A stretch of DNA of 32,000 nt from Raphidiopsis brookii D9 (lineage in GTDB: Bacteria > Cyanobacteriota > Cyanobacteriia > Cyanobacteriales > Nostocaceae), in NCBI GenBank assembly GCA_000175855.1, contig ACYB01000029.1:30001-62000 (forward strand), in the 5' to 3' direction. Below the pieces are notes generated by a model. That model was not told where the DNA came from, ran no database searches, and was given only the letters and a program-made list of their open reading frames with translations. Within the stretch, counting starts at the first letter, position 1. Every line of letters starts with the position of its first letter. Below are positions 1 through 10,624 of this stretch, piece after piece. The position numbers and the translations under genes are program-made.

Positions 1-855
1 ATCGTTAGGGTCATGGGCGGGGGTAACTTTCACACATCCCGTACCAAAAGCAGGGTCAACCAACTCGTCAGCAATAATTGGGATTTGTCGGTTCATAATC
101 GGCAAATTTAGGGTTTTTCCGATTAGATCCTTATACCTTGAGTCTTCTGGGTTGACTGCAACTGCTGTGTCTCCTAACATGGTTTCTGGTCTAGTGGTAG
201 CTACCTCCACATATCCAGTACCATCAGTAAGATAATAGCGAAAATGCCACAGACTACCATTTACTTCCTTGGGTTCTACCTCTAGGTCCGACACAGCAGA
301 CTGGGAAGCTGGACACCAGTTGACTAAATAATTACTACGGTAAATTAACCCCTCTTCATAAAGTTTAATAAATGCTTCTAAAACAGCTTTTGATAACCCT
401 TCATCTAAGGTGAAGCGTTCCCGTGACCAATCCACTGAAACACCCAATCGTCGTAACTGATTAATAATCGTACCACCAGACTCAGCTTTCCATTGCCAAG
501 CCCTTTCTAAGAATTTATCTCTACCTAATTCGTAGCGGTTTTTACCTTCTGATTTAAGTTGTTTTTCTAAAATAGTTTGTACTGCTATACTTGCGTGGTC
601 AGTACCAGGTAGCCATAGTGTATTCCGTCCTTTCATCCGATGATATCTCACCAGGGCATCAATTAGCGCACTTTCAAAGGCATGACCCATGTGCAAACTA
701 CCAGTGACATTTGGAGGCGGAATAACAACACAGTATGGCAGACCCGGGTGGTTAGGATCTGCTTTGTAAATTTGATTTTCTTCCCAGGATGTTTGCCATT
801 TTGCTTCCGTGGAGAAGGGTTCGTAAAGACTAGGAAGATTGGTGATTGCAGTCAT
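1..855 (-). CDS. valS: Valyl-tRNA synthetase, N-terminal part (gene continues beyond the window edge)
   Basis: Reverse-strand translation from ATG at 855 reads [28 protein letters not shown]...[21 protein letters not shown]...; the [14 protein letters not shown] (HIGH) motif is typical of ValRS. It is missing from the ORF track because it is truncated at the edge. Confidence 0.93.
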   Translation of the reverse strand, partial: MTAITNLPSLYEPFSTEAKWQTSWEENQIYKADPNHPGLPYCVVIPPPNVTGSLHMGHAFESALIDALVRYHRMKGRNTLWLPGTDHASIAVQTILEKQLKSEGKNRYELGRDKFLERAWQWKAESGGTIINQLRRLGVSVDWSRERFTLDEGLSKAVLEAFIKLYEEGLIYRSNYLVNWCPASQSAVSDLEVEPKEVNGSLWHFRYYLTDGTGYVEVATTRPETMLGDTAVAVNPEDSRYKDLIGKTLNLPIMNRQIPIIADELVDPAFGTGCVKVTPAHDPND

Positions 856-1014
856 GCTAGAAATAATCTGTTTAGGAACTAGTTTTTGAGAACTCGGATC
901 CATTGTGCCATAAGGTTGAAAACTATGCGAAAAATCAATGGGGAGGAAAATTGGAGAAGCGGGTCTAACCTACCCTATAAAAACATGGAAATTTTCCTCC
1001 TCTGTTAAATTAGT

Positions 1015-2367
1015 CTAAATTAGTCCTGCTGACTCATATAGTCTTTTGAACAGGGCCTTAATTTTTGTTCCATAGTCCAAATCCGCTGACCATCTCCCCG
1101 AAAGTTGATCCACTGAGGGTGCTACCCCCCTAGTCACAAACCTAAAACGTGGATCTACTTCTTCTTGCACTAAGGGTTCTAAACTTGCGTATGCTTTTAA
1201 GTGTTGAATATGAGCTCTCACACCAATTCTCGCACTGTTAAAAGAAGCTGCTTCTGGACCACCACTAATTCCTCCTAAACCAGCAAAATTGTTTTGTTGT
1301 GGTTTAATATCGCCGCCAAATCTTAGAAATCCGGTTTCTAAACACATCTGACAAAAGGCAATGTCATGATTTACACCCTCTAATGTAGCTTCTTCTCGAT
1401 AGAGTTTTGGTATATCTCCAAACTGATTTAAGGCATTTTCGTTGTTGTTGCGCAAAAACAGTTGTAGTTGTACTTCTGTCGTACTACCATTGGAAATTAT
1501 TTGATCAATATGTCCAGCACAAATGGGCAAAACTGACCGCATTTTTACAGTTTTAGTGCTGCTATCCCAAGCAATAGAAATGTTAAAGTCCCGCAGTTCA
1601 ATGGCTTTAACATAAACAATACGACGATAAGTTACACGATTAATATTAGATCCCTGTGATAAATCAATGCGCAGTCTATCTACTAGGTCTACGGGGATAT
1701 AGGAATTACCATTAATTAATATTCCTTGTTCACCATAGTTTTGCCCATTAATATTTATGTTAATTGCCAGATAATTGGCATCTACAGGAGTCCCAGGTTG
1801 AGGATCAACGATTTTACTCCAACCAACTAATCCATCAACAATTCCTAGGGCAAAATCCCGACGACGAGTTTGTAATAAATTCCGGTCTTCTGGACTGGTG
1901 AGAAACCCCACCTGCATCACTAATGCAGGAAGATTGGTTTGACGACAAAATTGTAAACTCCCCAAACCACTATCTGTATCTGGTCTCACTCCCCGACTGG
2001 GCAATTGATTAACGCGACGCAACAAGCCTGTTAACAGTATTTCTGCATTCTGTTTCCGCTCGGTGTTGTTGGCAATATAAAACACTCCCGCACCTCTGAC
2101 TGTAGGGTTATTAGCACCATCAGTATGAATTTCCAGCGCCACATCACTAGCACGACTGCGAGAATTAATCCAAGAGATGGTTTGGACAGCACTTAAATCG
2201 TCAGGAACAGATAAAACTTCTAGGTTACGACCTCGCAGTTCTGTAACAATTAGGTCTCGTAACAGAATCATTTCCCTGGATTCTGTTGTACCCCCAGCTA
2301 TAGATCCCGGGTCAATTTTGCCATTTTCTTTACCCCCATGTGCAGCGGAAATGAAAATACGTCCCAT
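1015..2367 (-). CDS. N-acetylmuramoyl-L-alanine amidase (amidase_3 type)
   Basis: 450 aa ORF with ISAAHGG, a catalytic-type EIHTDG segment and MQVGFLTSPEDRNLL, typical of the amidase_3 fold. Confidence 0.8.
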   Translation of the reverse strand: MGRIFISAAHGGKENGKIDPGSIAGGTTESREMILLRDLIVTELRGRNLEVLSVPDDLSAVQTISWINSRSRASDVALEIHTDGANNPTVRGAGVFYIANNTERKQNAEILLTGLLRRVNQLPSRGVRPDTDSGLGSLQFCRQTNLPALVMQVGFLTSPEDRNLLQTRRRDFALGIVDGLVGWSKIVDPQPGTPVDANYLAINININGQNYGEQGILINGNSYIPVDLVDRLRIDLSQGSNINRVTYRRIVYVKAIELRDFNISIAWDSSTKTVKMRSVLPICAGHIDQIISNGSTTEVQLQLFLRNNNENALNQFGDIPKLYREEATLEGVNHDIAFCQMCLETGFLRFGGDIKPQQNNFAGLGGISGGPEAASFNSARIGVRAHIQHLKAYASLEPLVQEEVDPRFRFVTRGVAPSVDQLSGRWSADLDYGTKIKALFKRLYESAGLI

Positions 2368-2501
2368 TGTGATGAATTCCTACGGTTAAAAGGAAATTTT
2401 TGTAATATGGGGTTCTAGCAATCCCATTCTACTAATTTTAATGGTACTATGAAATGGCACTATGAACCTGTGCGATAAATAGTTTCCAGTTTCCTGAAGA
2501 A

Positions 2502-4412
2502 ATGCAAATCCCCCGTTTACACCCAGATACTGTGGAAGAGGTTAAACATCGTGCGGACATTGTGGATGTTATCTCAGATTATGTAGTTTTACGCAGACGA
2601 GGTAAGGATTTTGTCGGTTTATGTCCCTTTCATGAGGAGAAAACCCCCAGTTTTACAGTCAGTCCTAATAAGCAAATATACTATTGCTTCGGTTGTCAGG
2701 CTTCCGGGAATGCTATTAGGTTTATTATGGACTTGAATAAGAGAAAGTTTGCAGAAGTAGTTCTAGATCTAGCTAAACGCTATCAGATTCCTGTGAAAAC
2801 TTTAGCACCAGAACAAAGACAGGAATTGCAACGTCAGTTATCTTTAAGGGACCAATTATTTGAGGTTTTAGCATCTACGAGTCAATTTTATCAACATGTT
2901 CTCCGACAGGATATAGGTCAACAAGCACTACAATATTTACAAAAAAAACGGTTTTTAAAAACGGAGACTGTGGAAAAGTTTGCCTTGGGTTATGCTCCTC
3001 CAGGTTGGGAAACTTTATATCATTATCTGGTGGAAAATAAAAGTTACCCCGCCCAGCTGGTAGAAAAAGCTGGTTTGATTAAACCCAGAAAGGAAGGTGG
3101 TGGCTATTATGATGTATTTCGTAATAGGTTGATGATTCCCATCCGTGATGTTCAAGGTAGGGTGATTGCTTTTGGTGGTAGAACTTTGACTGATGAACAA
3201 CCAAAATATTTGAATTCTCCCGAAACAGAATTATTTGATAAGAGTAAAACCCTATTTGCTCTGGATGTGGCTAAAGATGCTATTTCTAAATTGGATCAAG
3301 CGGTGGTTGTGGAGGGATATTTTGATGCGATCGCCCTCCATGCGAATGGAATTAATAATGTGGTAGCTTCTTTGGGTACGGCGTTGAGTTTGGAACAGGT
3401 AAGATTATTATTGCGGTATAGTGAATCAAAACAATTAGTGCTAAATTTTGATGGAGATAAGGCGGGGATTAATGCCACAGAACGAGCAATTGGGGAAATC
3501 AGCAACTTGGCATATAAGGGCGAGGTACGGTTAAAAATCTTGCATATTCCCGATGGTAAGGATGCGGATGAATACTTAAAAAATCACTCGGTAACAGACT
3601 ATGAGCAATTATTAGTTGAGGCCCCCCTGTGGTTGGACTGGCAAATTGCACAAGTTATTCAAGGTCGAGATTTAAAACAACCTACGGATTTTCAATTGGT
3701 GAGTAGGGAGTTTGTTAAGCTGTTACAAAAAATTTTAAATAGTGACACCTTGAATTACTATATCTCCCACTGTGCGGAAATCCTCAGTTTAGGGGATACT
3801 AGATTAATACCCCTGAGAGTGGAAAATCTCATTACTCAGGTTGCACCTCGTCGCACACCAACTCCAATTTTACGACCTCCAGCATCCCCAAACACACACC
3901 AAATATCCCATCCTCAACCCAGTCTGTTAGAGCAAGCTGAAGGATTATTATTAAGAATCTTTCTCCATTGTCCTCAAGAGCGTCAAGTAATTATCGAAAC
4001 CTTGGGATCTAGTAATTTGGAATTTAGTGTTTCCCATTATCGTTTTTTATGGGAAAAAAGTTTGCAGTTCCCTTCACAAACCCTAGATTTAATTTCTCAA
4101 CTACAGAACCTGTATTTGGAAACACAAAATGATCTAGGTCCGGTTGAGCATATATTCCAACTGAATGAAAAGAATAAACAAGAGATATTACTACGCACAA
4201 ATCAACTAGTGCAAGCTGCGATCGCCTGTATGGAAAAAGTATTTAGGGAAAATCGCTATCGTCACTTTTTAGAACTTTGGCAGAAAACAGATCCCAGTAC
4301 GGATCCAGATCAATATAATCTTTATGCCCAAACTATATATGCTGACAAGATGCGAATACAGGAATTAAGCAAGCAACGTCAATTATCCATATCAGACCTA
4401 ATTAATTCTTAG
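2502..4412 (+). CDS. dnaG: DNA primase
   Basis: 636 aa; [30 protein letters not shown] zinc-binding domain and TOPRIM region [28 protein letters not shown]. Confidence 0.97.
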   Translation: MQIPRLHPDTVEEVKHRADIVDVISDYVVLRRRGKDFVGLCPFHEEKTPSFTVSPNKQIYYCFGCQASGNAIRFIMDLNKRKFAEVVLDLAKRYQIPVKTLAPEQRQELQRQLSLRDQLFEVLASTSQFYQHVLRQDIGQQALQYLQKKRFLKTETVEKFALGYAPPGWETLYHYLVENKSYPAQLVEKAGLIKPRKEGGGYYDVFRNRLMIPIRDVQGRVIAFGGRTLTDEQPKYLNSPETELFDKSKTLFALDVAKDAISKLDQAVVVEGYFDAIALHANGINNVVASLGTALSLEQVRLLLRYSESKQLVLNFDGDKAGINATERAIGEISNLAYKGEVRLKILHIPDGKDADEYLKNHSVTDYEQLLVEAPLWLDWQIAQVIQGRDLKQPTDFQLVSREFVKLLQKILNSDTLNYYISHCAEILSLGDTRLIPLRVENLITQVAPRRTPTPILRPPASPNTHQISHPQPSLLEQAEGLLLRIFLHCPQERQVIIETLGSSNLEFSVSHYRFLWEKSLQFPSQTLDLISQLQNLYLETQNDLGPVEHIFQLNEKNKQEILLRTNQLVQAAIACMEKVFRENRYRHFLELWQKTDPSTDPDQYNLYAQTIYADKMRIQELSKQRQLSISDLINS

Positions 4413-5011
4413 CATATCCTTGATATTATAAAATTAATCACATCTGTTAACCCCGATTGAACTTTCAGATTAGTAAAGATAAATGGTTGTTCCCCACGCA
4501 TTCTCTTAGTGTCTCGTTCCATAACATTTAGATCTGCACCAACGTAGGGAGCGAGATCGGTTTTATTAATGACCAGTAAATCTGACTTAGTAATTCCCGG
4601 TCCACCCTTGCGGGGAATTTTATCCCCCGCAGCAACGTCTATAACATAGATGGTTAAATCCACTAATTCTGGACTAAATGTAGCAGCTAGATTATCTCCC
4701 CCACTTTCTAAAAACACCACATCTAAATCGGTAAATTTTTCTTCTAACTGCTCAATAGCTGCCAAATTCATAGAAGCATCTTCTCGAATCGCGGTGTGAG
4801 GACATCCCCCCGTCTCCACCCCCAAAATACGCTCCCTTTCTAATGCTTGAGAGCGAACCAAAAATTGCGCATCCTCTTGAGTATAAATATCGTTGGTAAC
4901 AACCGCTAATTTATAAGTCTCCCGCAATGATTTACATAACGCATCCACTAAAGCTGTCTTGCCAGAACCCACGGGTCCTGCTACTCCTACACGATAGGCA
5001 CTCATAAGCAA
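4409..5011 (-). CDS. ureG: Urease accessory GTPase UreG
   Basis: [21 protein letters not shown]-loop, [19 protein letters not shown] and [42 protein letters not shown]. Confidence 0.97.
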   Translation of the reverse strand: MLMSAYRVGVAGPVGSGKTALVDALCKSLRETYKLAVVTNDIYTQEDAQFLVRSQALERERILGVETGGCPHTAIREDASMNLAAIEQLEEKFTDLDVVFLESGGDNLAATFSPELVDLTIYVIDVAAGDKIPRKGGPGITKSDLLVINKTDLAPYVGADLNVMERDTKRMRGEQPFIFTNLKVQSGLTDVINFIISRIC

Positions 5012-5049
5012 TAATTAGTTATCATTAATGTTAATGTTTTTCAACTATT

Positions 5050-5739
5050 CTAACTCCTGAATAGTCTTGTGTATTGAGTTTCGTGTTGCATACTAGCTAA
5101 AGATAAACCCCAACTACAGCAACTGAGATGATCATCTTCCAGGGAGAGAATTTCCTCCACTGTTGTATCTAATAGTCCCTGTAACTCCCACAACAATTCT
5201 TGACCACTGGTTTGACCTAGGGGAATGAGTTTTATACCCGCTGTAATTAAATTACTTGCCCAGCTATGTAAATATGCCAACAGCCCTACCCGACTGTCAA
5301 TTTGCCAATGGCCACAGCCAATACCAAAGGCGATCGCATAGTTACAAGGATAACCAACAGTATTGGATATGGATGTAATTGGGGGTGATAACTTACCCAA
5401 TAATTGTAAGAGAGATCTTCCCATTTGCCAACTAGCAGCGCGCAGTTCTTGTGTATCTCTAAAAGCAGACAACCAAGAGTTCCATTTTTTCAAACCTTCT
5501 ATATCTGACAAAGTAGTGGCTTGTATGGCTCTAATCATAACTGCACCATCAATACGAATGGAACCGTAGCGCAATTCAGAATCTAACCAATTTTTCAGTC
5601 CAACCCTGTCGTGAATAGTCCTATTTTCCACAAGCACTTCTAATCCCTCAGAATAGCTATAAGCACCAACCGGTAAAGAGGGACTAGCCAATTGTAAAAT
5701 AGACAAAAAACGACTATTCGTGAGAGTGATGGTCTCCAT
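5050..5739 (-). CDS. ureF: Urease accessory protein UreF
   Basis: LLQLASPSLPVGAYSYSEGLE start, located between ureE and ureG. Confidence 0.93.
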   Translation of the reverse strand: METITLTNSRFLSILQLASPSLPVGAYSYSEGLEVLVENRTIHDRVGLKNWLDSELRYGSIRIDGAVMIRAIQATTLSDIEGLKKWNSWLSAFRDTQELRAASWQMGRSLLQLLGKLSPPITSISNTVGYPCNYAIAFGIGCGHWQIDSRVGLLAYLHSWASNLITAGIKLIPLGQTSGQELLWELQGLLDTTVEEILSLEDDHLSCCSWGLSLASMQHETQYTRLFRS

Positions 5740-6178
5740 AAGCTCCTGGTTCGGGGTAAAAGGGTGCTACTTCTTCTGTCACTTCCAACTGCAATTTTTC
5801 CAGCATCGATTGTAGCACCGAATCAGGAGACAAGCGCAAATAATCAGTGGTAAGTTCTACTGGTACATGACGATTGCCCAAGTGATAAGCTGCTCGTAAT
5901 AATTGTACAGAGGTTGTGCCAACCACTGTCAAAACAGGTTCTGGTTTGGCAACAATTTTTATCCAAGTTGTTTCACTCTCATCTGCGAGCATATCTCCAT
6001 GATGAATAACCTTCCCGCGAGATAAACGCCAACATATTTCCTGTCCGTTTTCTAAGATCAAGCGATAACGACTGCGCCTGCGTTCCTCAGCAGTAAGGGG
6101 TAAAACTAAGTCAAAAGCAGTGTGACCATGGGCGCTTTTCAATTTTGTTAGTATCAACATGGCAAGCTGGAAGAACAT
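5714..6178 (-). CDS. ureE: Urease accessory protein UreE
   Basis: LPLTAEERRRSR...YHLGNRHVPVEL..., histidine-rich C-terminus (GDHHSHE); overlaps the ureF start. Confidence 0.92.
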   Translation of the reverse strand: MFFQLAMLILTKLKSAHGHTAFDLVLPLTAEERRRSRYRLILENGQEICWRLSRGKVIHHGDMLADESETTWIKIVAKPEPVLTVVGTTSVQLLRAAYHLGNRHVPVELTTDYLRLSPDSVLQSMLEKLQLEVTEEVAPFYPEPGAYGDHHSHE

Positions 6179-6247
6179 TCACCACAGGTGTGTGCAACAA
6201 CCAAACCAAATTAGCGCAACACACGCACAACCATTAGAATCAAGAGA

Positions 6248-6334
6248 CGGAGAGGGAGGGATTCGAACCCTCGTTGAGGTTTCCCCCAAACAGCATTTCC
6301 AGTGCTGCGCCTTCAACCACTCGGCCACCTCTCC
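6248..6334 (-). tRNA. tRNA-Ser (anticodon GGA)
   Basis: Reverse strand GGAGAGGTGGCCGAGTGGTTGAAGGCGCAGCACTGGAAATGCTG...GTTCGAATCCCTCCCTCTCC; class II long variable arm, 7-bp acceptor stem, anticodon loop CTGGAAA. Confidence 0.95.
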
Positions 6335-6476
6335 AGTAGGTCATGAACTCTAACTATAAACTAAGATCTTAAAAAATGCAATGGTTAAATCAAAAAAACT
6401 TTGCCATTTTTGCCAAGTATGTTTTTTACAATAGAGTGGTAAGCTACATATTTTTCCAACTTCGACCAAAATCAAC

Positions 6477-6845
6477 ATGGCTCAAACCCACACAATTACA
6501 GTTCATAATCGCCAAACCGGTCTATCCCATATGGTGCAAGTTCCTGATGATCGGTACATTCTCCACTCCGCAGAAAACAATGGTGTGGAATTGCCCTTTT
6601 CTTGTCGCAATGGAGCTTGTACCACCTGTGCTGTGAGAGTTTTATCCGGGGAAATTTACCAACCCGAAGCTATTGGTTTATCTCCAGAATTACGTCGTCA
6701 AGGTTACGCTTTGTTGTGTGTAAGTTATGCTTGTTCCAACCTAGAGGTAGAAACCCAAGATGAGGATGAAGTTTATGAACTTCAATTCGGGCGATTTTTT
6801 GGCAAAGGTAAGGTAAGAGCTGGGTTCCCCGTGGAAGAAGACTAG
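6477..6845 (+). CDS. 2Fe-2S plant-type ferredoxin with extended C-terminus (FdC2-like)
   Basis: CRNGACTTC cluster loop plus distal C; C-terminal extension LEVETQDEDEVYELQFGRFFGKGKVRAGFPVEED. Confidence 0.88.
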   Translation: MAQTHTITVHNRQTGLSHMVQVPDDRYILHSAENNGVELPFSCRNGACTTCAVRVLSGEIYQPEAIGLSPELRRQGYALLCVSYACSNLEVETQDEDEVYELQFGRFFGKGKVRAGFPVEED

Positions 6846-6857
6846 AGGCAAATTAAT

Positions 6858-7451
6858 ATGACAATTAGGGGCAATTCCTGCAATTATCTAACTTTGCTGC
6901 CAATGGCACTTTGTTGTTTACTAATGTTGCTTTTAGTAGGCTGTCAAAGCAGAGATAAAATCAAAGATAGCATAGTTCAAGCGAGAGTAGTAAGAGTAGT
7001 AAGCGGGCAAACCGTAGAAGTGGTAAAAATAGGAGAGCCAACAAGTCTAGTCTCTTCCGTGCGATTAATTGGTTTAGAAGCACCCGACCTACGTCAGTAC
7101 CCTTGGGGAGAAGATGCCAGAAAATTATTAGAAAAGTTGATTCAAGATGCCAATAGTGATAATACTAGCAATAATAATACCAATAGCGCCCAAATCAAAC
7201 TGGAGTTTGATTTACAAACCCAGGATAAATTTGGACGCAACCTAGCTTATGTTTGGAAGGATCAGGTGCTAGTGAACGAGCAAATCATCAAACAGGGGTA
7301 TGCTCTATTTGCGGGAAGATCCCCCAATCACAAGTACGATTTGCGCCTGGAAAATGCCCAACACTGGGCTAGACTCATGGGGGAGGGGATTTGGAATCCA
7401 GAAAACCCCTTACGTCTGGCTCCCGGTCAGTTTCGTCGGATCAACGGTTGA
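6858..7451 (+). CDS. Thermonuclease (SNase)-like lipoprotein
   Basis: Signal/lipobox LLLLVGCQS; SNase-like V.DGQTVEV..IRLIGLEAPDLRQYPWGEDAR...GRNLAYVW...LVNEQIIKQGYA. Confidence 0.8.
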   Translation: MTIRGNSCNYLTLLPMALCCLLMLLLVGCQSRDKIKDSIVQARVVRVVSGQTVEVVKIGEPTSLVSSVRLIGLEAPDLRQYPWGEDARKLLEKLIQDANSDNTSNNNTNSAQIKLEFDLQTQDKFGRNLAYVWKDQVLVNEQIIKQGYALFAGRSPNHKYDLRLENAQHWARLMGEGIWNPENPLRLAPGQFRRING

Positions 7452-7479
7452 GTTCTTGCTTTTTTATTTGCCATTGGCC

Positions 7480-8283
7480 ATGGAGATGACGAATTTACAA
7501 GTTTTTCTAGATATTGCTACGGAGGCAGCTCTAGCTGCTGGTGTGATTTTACAAGACTATTTAGGAAAGGTAGAAGATGCAATTAGTGAAAAAGGTAGAC
7601 CCGGTGATTTAGTCACTGCTGCTGATCAAACTGCTGAACAGGCAATTTTGGCAGTCATTAACCGTCATTTTCCCCAACACTCTATCTTGGCTGAAGAATC
7701 AGGAAAAGTGGGAAATCAAGCCAGTGAGTATCTTTGGACAATTGACCCCTTAGATGGCACCACCAACTATGCCCATCAATATCCATGTTTTGCTGTTTCC
7801 ATTGGATTGCTGATTGAGGGAGAGCCAAAAGTTGGCGTGACTTATGATCCTTTACGGAATGAACTGTTCCGAGCTGCTGCTGGCCTGGGTGCAACGCGTA
7901 ACCGTCATCCTATCAGGGTTTCCCAAACCGTAGAACTGAGCAAAAGTCTTTTGAGTACGGGTTTTGCGTACGACAGAACAGAAACAAATGATACTAACTA
8001 TCCAGAATTTTGCCATCTCACTCATCTGACCCAGGGTGTAAGACGTGGGGGATCAGCAGCCTTAGATTTAGCCTATGTTAGCTGTGGGCGTGTGGATGGA
8101 TATTGGGAAAGGGGTCTTGCTCCCTGGGATATAGTTGCTGGTATAATTTTAGTGCGGGAAGCAGGGGGTAAGGTTACTGCCTATAATGGTGGTGATTTAC
8201 AAATTGATTCTGGGAGGATCCTGGCTACTAATAGTGATCTTCACCAGGTAATAAGTGAAGAATTAATGAAGATTACTTGCTAA
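7480..8283 (+). CDS. Inositol monophosphatase family protein (start moved to internal ATG 7480)
   Basis: DLVTAADQTAEQAIL, LAEESGK, WTIDPLDGTTNYAHQYP and GYWERGLAPWDIVAGIILVREAGG motifs. Track ORF begins at 7300, but the upstream residues overlap the nuclease gene and do not look homologous. Confidence 0.87.
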   Translation: MEMTNLQVFLDIATEAALAAGVILQDYLGKVEDAISEKGRPGDLVTAADQTAEQAILAVINRHFPQHSILAEESGKVGNQASEYLWTIDPLDGTTNYAHQYPCFAVSIGLLIEGEPKVGVTYDPLRNELFRAAAGLGATRNRHPIRVSQTVELSKSLLSTGFAYDRTETNDTNYPEFCHLTHLTQGVRRGGSAALDLAYVSCGRVDGYWERGLAPWDIVAGIILVREAGGKVTAYNGGDLQIDSGRILATNSDLHQVISEELMKITC

Positions 8284-8353
8284 TCAGTTAACAATTAATC
8301 GAAACATAGTTTAGTGATTGGTTTAGTTATTTGTTTGGTGGGAAGAAAAAATC

Positions 8354-9565
8354 ATGGTGTATCAACCAGCAGCGGGAGCTAGAGATTTATTGCCCTTAGA
8401 TGTGGCTCAAAAACGCTGGATTGAAGATAGGTTACAACAGGTTTTTCATCGTTGGGGATATCACAGGATTATCACCTCAACTTTGGAGCGTATGGATACT
8501 CTCATGGCTGGAGAAGCTATTGATCGTCATAAGGTTATACAGTTACAAACCGGTCAAGATGAAGACTTGGGTTTACGTCCCGAATTGACTGCTTCTATTG
8601 CTCGGACTGTAGTTACCCGTATGGAGATGGCTAATTATCCCCAGCGATTATATTACAACGCCAATGTGTTCCGTCGTAATTGGGAAAAACGACATAATCG
8701 TCAGCAGGAATATTATCAAGCAGGTGTGGAACTGTTAGGTGCTGAGGGTTTATTGGCTAATGCAGAAGTGTTACTTTTGGCTTCTAACTGTTTGACAGCT
8801 CTAGGGTTAAACCAATGGCATTTAATTTTGGGTGAAGCAGGAATTACTAAGTCCCTACTCCATGCTTTCCCCTCAGAAATTAGAAGTCAGGTGAGAATGG
8901 CGATCGCCAATTTAGATAGCGTAGCCATAGATACTTTACCCTTAAATGAGGATCTACATAAACAGGCGAGAATTATGATGGATTTACGGGGAAAAAGTGG
9001 AGAGGTGTTGCAAAAAGTCAGCAATTTCCCTTTAGATTCCAGTCAGCGAGCAGCGGTCAACCATCTGAAATCCCTGGTGGAATTATTAGAAGCGGAAGGG
9101 AAATTTTCTCTCATTCTTGATCTGAGTCTCATTCAAACCATTGATTATTACACGGGAATTGTGTTTGAAGTGGTAGGTGACCTGAATGGTCAGGCCCAGG
9201 TTTTAGGACGGGGAGGTCGCTATGACCAACTGTTGAGTTTATATCACCCTCAAGGAGAAAATATTCCTGGTATTGGGTTTGAATTGAGCATTGATGATTT
9301 ATATCAAGTTTTGGCTAGTACCCAAAAATTACCCCAAACTATTCCTTCCAGTAACTGGTTAGTAGTACCAGAAGGGGACAATGCTCAAATTGCTGCTTTT
9401 GCTTATGCACAAAAGTTGCGAGACTCAACTCATTTAGTTAGGGTAGAAATGGAATTAGCAGGAAAAGATCCTCAATGGACTCGTAAATATGCCAGAGAAC
9501 GCTCCATAGCCCAAATTGCCTGGATTAAATCCGATGGCACAGGCAGAATTGAAACCGTTAGTTGA
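8354..9565 (+). CDS. hisZ: ATP phosphoribosyltransferase regulatory subunit
   Basis: HisS/HisZ-like MVYQPAAGARDLLPLDVAQKRWIEDRLQQVFHRWGYHRIITSTLE...YTGIVFEV...GRGGRYDQLL; short, without the catalytic HisRS tail. Confidence 0.85.
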   Translation: MVYQPAAGARDLLPLDVAQKRWIEDRLQQVFHRWGYHRIITSTLERMDTLMAGEAIDRHKVIQLQTGQDEDLGLRPELTASIARTVVTRMEMANYPQRLYYNANVFRRNWEKRHNRQQEYYQAGVELLGAEGLLANAEVLLLASNCLTALGLNQWHLILGEAGITKSLLHAFPSEIRSQVRMAIANLDSVAIDTLPLNEDLHKQARIMMDLRGKSGEVLQKVSNFPLDSSQRAAVNHLKSLVELLEAEGKFSLILDLSLIQTIDYYTGIVFEVVGDLNGQAQVLGRGGRYDQLLSLYHPQGENIPGIGFELSIDDLYQVLASTQKLPQTIPSSNWLVVPEGDNAQIAAFAYAQKLRDSTHLVRVEMELAGKDPQWTRKYARERSIAQIAWIKSDGTGRIETVS

Positions 9566-9596
9566 TGGAAAAAAGATAACTAAGAGAGGAGAAGCG

Positions 9597-9824
9597 ATGC
9601 CACATACAATAGTTACAGAAATTTGCCAAGGAGTTGCAGACTGTGTTGCTGCTTGTCCAGTAGCGTGCATTCATGAAGGTCCAGGTAAGAATATTCAAGG
9701 TACAGATTGGTACTGGATAGACTTTACCACTTGTATTGATTGTGGTATATGTTTACAAGTTTGCCCAGTAGAAGGAGCAATAGTTCCCCAGGAACGACCT
9801 GAATTACAAAAAATACCACAATAA
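9597..9824 (+). CDS. 4Fe-4S ferredoxin (internal ATG 9597)
   Basis: MPHTIVTEICQGVADCVAACPVACIH...CIDCGICLQVCPVEGAI; two cysteine motifs. Confidence 0.85.
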   Translation: MPHTIVTEICQGVADCVAACPVACIHEGPGKNIQGTDWYWIDFTTCIDCGICLQVCPVEGAIVPQERPELQKIPQ

Positions 9825-9835
9825 TAGGTGATGAC

Positions 9836-10624
9836 ATGATAAACAACCCGGAAAATAGTCCTAAAGACAACTCCAGAAATAATTACCTACTAGAAGTAGA
9901 AAACGTCCACGCGGGATACATTAAGGATGTGGATATTTTGCAAGGGATTAATTTTCGGGTTGGTTATGGAGAGTTGGTCACTGTCATTGGTCCTAATGGT
10001 GCAGGGAAATCTACCTTGGCTAAAACCATTTTTGGACTTTTGACACCTCACACGGGTACCATCACCTTTGGGGGAGAAAAAATCAACGGGTTAAAATGTG
10101 ATCAAATCGTTAAGAAGGGTATGTGTTATGTACCCCAAATAGCTAACGTTTTCCCCTCATTAACCATAGAAGAAAATTTGGAAATGGGCGCTTTTGTCAG
10201 AAATATTCCCTTAAAACCCTTGAAAGATAAAATCTTCACCATGTTTCCTAGACTGGGCGATCGCCGTTTGCAACGTGCTGGAACTCTATCCGGTGGAGAA
10301 AGGCAAATGTTAGCTATGGGTAAAGCTTTAATGTTAGAACCGAGACTATTATTATTGGATGAACCGTCAGCAGCTTTATCTCCCATTTTAGTCACCCAGG
10401 TCTTTGAGCAGATTAAACAAATTAATCAGGGGGGAACAGCCATAGTCTTAGTAGAGCAAAATGCCCGGAAAGCACTAGAATTGGCTCATACAGGATATGT
10501 ACTAGTCTCTGGAAAAGATGAGATTTCTGGATCAGGTCAGGAATTACTTCAAGATCCCAAAGTAGGAGAATTATACCTGGGTGCAGGTGAGAAGACAGTA
10601 GACATTAAACCCGAGCTAAAGTAA
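9836..10624 (+). CDS. ABC transporter ATP-binding protein, LivF/NatE-like branched-chain or neutral amino acid type
   Basis: Walker A GPNGAGKST, LSGGERQMLAMGKALM signature, Walker B LLLLDEPSAALSP. Confidence 0.85.
   Translation: MINNPENSPKDNSRNNYLLEVENVHAGYIKDVDILQGINFRVGYGELVTVIGPNGAGKSTLAKTIFGLLTPHTGTITFGGEKINGLKCDQIVKKGMCYVPQIANVFPSLTIEENLEMGAFVRNIPLKPLKDKIFTMFPRLGDRRLQRAGTLSGGERQMLAMGKALMLEPRLLLLDEPSAALSPILVTQVFEQIKQINQGGTAIVLVEQNARKALELAHTGYVLVSGKDEISGSGQELLQDPKVGELYLGAGEKTVDIKPELK

Noticed and set aside
682-882. 66-aa plus-strand ORF at the window start
   Set aside because: Lies antisense to the valS coding sequence, with no recognisable protein features.
2177-2389. 70-aa plus-strand ORF
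   Set aside because: Antisense shadow of the amidase gene start.
3015-3505. Two minus-strand ORFs inside dnaG
   Set aside because: Antisense to conserved dnaG, with low-complexity content; chance ORFs.
6159-6353. 64-aa ORF spanning the tRNA-Ser
   Set aside because: Translation across a tRNA gene; not a protein.
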